From an uncultured Actinomycetes bacterium (lineage in GTDB: Bacteria; Actinomycetota; Thermoleophilia; Gaiellales; Gaiellaceae), in assembly GCA_963739405.1 (NCBI GenBank), contig CAVUAH010000012.1, positions 48,937-112,936 of the forward strand: a DNA stretch of 64,000 nucleotides, given 5' to 3'. Below are positions 62,307 through 64,000 of this stretch, in pieces. Numbering within the stretch: the stretch's first letter is position 1; each line of letters begins with the position of its first letter. The position numbers were made by a program, and so were the translations under genes. The notes under the pieces were generated by a model. It did no database searches. It had not been told where the DNA came from and was given only the letters and a program-made list of their open reading frames with translations.

Positions 62307-62975
62307 GTGATCGTCGCCAGCTCGATGGACGCCAACTGGCTCTCGAACGCCTTCGTCGTGGGGGACGAGCCGGGCGGGGTCGCGGTGTTCGTCGACAGCG
62401 GCGCACCGCTCGAGCCGCTGCTCGAGACCGTCGAGCAGGAGCGGCTGACGCCGTCCTACATCCTCCGGACACACGGTCACCCCGATCACGTCGAGCACGA
62501 GGACGAGCTCGCAGGGCGGTTCGGGATCCCGGTCGCGACGGGCGCGGTCGAGACCGGCGGCCTGCGCGTCGAGGCGATCGAGACGCCGGGTCACTCCGAC
62601 GACGGGGTCGCGTTCGTCGTCAACGGCGAGCTCTGCTTCTCAGGCGACACGCTCTTCCGCGACGCGGTCGGCGGCGGGCCCGCGGGGCTCGTGCGCGAGT
62701 CCGTGATGGACCGGCTGATGACGCTCGACCACGCGATCCGCGTGCTGCCCGGCCACACCGTCGAGACGACGATCGGGCGGGAGTGGGAGCGGAACCCGTT
62801 CGTGCGCTTCTGGCGCGGCCTCGAGGACGAGGTGGGGACGCCCTGCCGCGTCGCCGGGGTCGAGGGGATCGTCCTCGTCGAGTCGCCGGACTACGACGGC
62901 AAGGGGAAGCTGCTCGTGCGGCTCGACGGCGGCGAGGAGCGGATCGTCGGCGCCTCCCGGGTCGAGCTGGGCTGA
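62307..62975 (+). CDS. MBL-fold metallo-hydrolase (glyoxalase II-like)
   Basis: THGHPDH, TPGHS, SGDTLF, LPGH. Confidence 0.9.
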   Translation: MIVASSMDANWLSNAFVVGDEPGGVAVFVDSGAPLEPLLETVEQERLTPSYILRTHGHPDHVEHEDELAGRFGIPVATGAVETGGLRVEAIETPGHSDDGVAFVVNGELCFSGDTLFRDAVGGGPAGLVRESVMDRLMTLDHAIRVLPGHTVETTIGREWERNPFVRFWRGLEDEVGTPCRVAGVEGIVLVESPDYDGKGKLLVRLDGGEERIVGASRVELG

Positions 62976-63008
62976 CGCGCAGCCGGCGCAGCCGCATGAC
63001 GGCGCTTC

Positions 63009-63179
63009 TCACTCCCGCGGACGCTCGGTGCGGCCGAGCGCCCAGAGCCCGGCCACGGCGACCACGATCACCACGGGGCCGAGGACGCGCTCGCCGTCCC
63101 CGAGCCACAACCACGCACCGCAGAACGCGAGGGCGCCGAGCACGAGCCGCGCCGCGACCTGCCAGGGCATCCCCCGCAT
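63009..63179 (-). CDS. Small 56-aa two-TM membrane protein (absent from the ORF track)
   Basis: MRGMPWQVAARLVLGALAFCGAWLWLGDGERVLGPVVIVVAVAGLWALGRTERPRE; high GC3; TATGCT 6 nt before the ATG. Confidence 0.65.
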   Translation of the reverse strand: MRGMPWQVAARLVLGALAFCGAWLWLGDGERVLGPVVIVVAVAGLWALGRTERPRE

Positions 63180-63261
63180 CGGGCGAGCATAGAGCGCGGC
63201 CCGGTCGGCCGACGCGGGACCGGCGAGACGCGTCCGTCGATGCCGCTACGGTCCAGCGCCC

Positions 63262-63936
63262 GTGCGTCTCGTCGTCGCCCGCTGCGAGGTCACCTACACC
63301 GGACGCCTGACGGCCTACCTTCCGGAGGCGATCCGGCTGCTCGTCTTCAAGGCCGACGGCTCGGTGCTCGTCCATGCAGACAGCGGTGGCTACAAGCCGC
63401 TCAACTGGATGACACCGCCCACGGTCGTCGAGGACGGCGACGACGTGATCGTCGTCCGCAAGCGGGCGGGACGGACCGAGGATCGACTCGAGATCCGGAT
63501 CACCGAGCTCCTCGCCGAGTTCGAGCACGAGCTGGGCGAGGACGCAGGGCTCGAGAAGGACGGGGTCGAGCGCCATCTCCAGGAGGCGCTCGCGGCGGTA
63601 CCGGACGCGGTCGAATCAGGGCTGCGTCTCGTCCGCCGGGAGTGGCCGACGGACGTGGGGCCGGTCGACCTGATGTGCCGCGACGCGAGCGACGGCTGGG
63701 TCGCCGTCGAGATCAAGCGCATCGGGACGATCGAGGCGGTCGAGCAGCTCTCTCGCTACCTCGAGGTCATCCAGCGAGACGCGCTACTCGCCGGATGTCG
63801 CGGGATCCTGGCTGCGTCGCAGATCAAGCCGCAGGCGCGGACGCTCTGCGAGGCTCGCGGGCTCGGCTGGGTCGAGGTCGACCTGGAGACGCTGCGTGGC
63901 GAGCGCGAGCCCGAGCTGACGCTGTTCGACGCCTGA
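63262..63936 (+). CDS. nucS: Mismatch-specific endonuclease NucS/EndoMS
   Basis: MRLVVARCEVTYTGRL, YKPLNWM, GLEKDGVE, REWPTDVGPVD, VEIKR..AVEQLSRY. Confidence 0.95.
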   Translation: MRLVVARCEVTYTGRLTAYLPEAIRLLVFKADGSVLVHADSGGYKPLNWMTPPTVVEDGDDVIVVRKRAGRTEDRLEIRITELLAEFEHELGEDAGLEKDGVERHLQEALAAVPDAVESGLRLVRREWPTDVGPVDLMCRDASDGWVAVEIKRIGTIEAVEQLSRYLEVIQRDALLAGCRGILAASQIKPQARTLCEARGLGWVEVDLETLRGEREPELTLFDA

Positions 63937-64000
63937 CCTGAACGGCCATGGCGATTGTGGACACTTGATACGAGCCAGGCGTACACTTCATGCTGTGACA

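Noticed and set aside
60471-62594. Membrane protein-cytochrome c fusion
   Set aside because: The cytochrome has its own -10 element, ATG and lipoprotein signal; read-through is probably an indel. Not fully excluded.

Overview
Very GC-rich actinobacterial chromosomal DNA. Gene content and pervasive leaderless TANNNT promoters suggest Thermoleophilia/Gaiellales; this is an inference. Many otherwise intact genes carry 1-bp indels, most likely long-read consensus errors, so several coordinates span frameshifts. The backbone is serS followed on the minus strand by all four tRNA-Ser isoacceptors (TGA, GCT, CGA, GGA) spread over ~53 kb, ending at a tRNA-Val with an integrase remnant and an IS5. Between the tRNAs lie LuxR-TPR regulators, an IS481, an amino-acid ABC transporter, ligC/Prim-Pol, fabF, a nucleotide-sugar pathway, a lipid-modification triplet and a SAM-I riboswitch-led sulfur-assimilation operon. 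The standout is a compact minus-strand operon at ~47.5-53.7 kb: class III cyclase/STAND-ATPase/TPR gene, then a 127-aa protein with five exact MPTPEG repeats (hidden in the ORF track), then YcaO, then an extended TfuA. It looks like a multi-core thioamide RiPP system with a core I do not recognise. Secondary signals are a possibly pseudoknotted RNA leader at ~14.8-14.95 kb, a palindromic repeat family read in-frame at gene starts, a partial tRNA duplication around a palindrome, and a convergent pair of paralogous small proteins next to serS.
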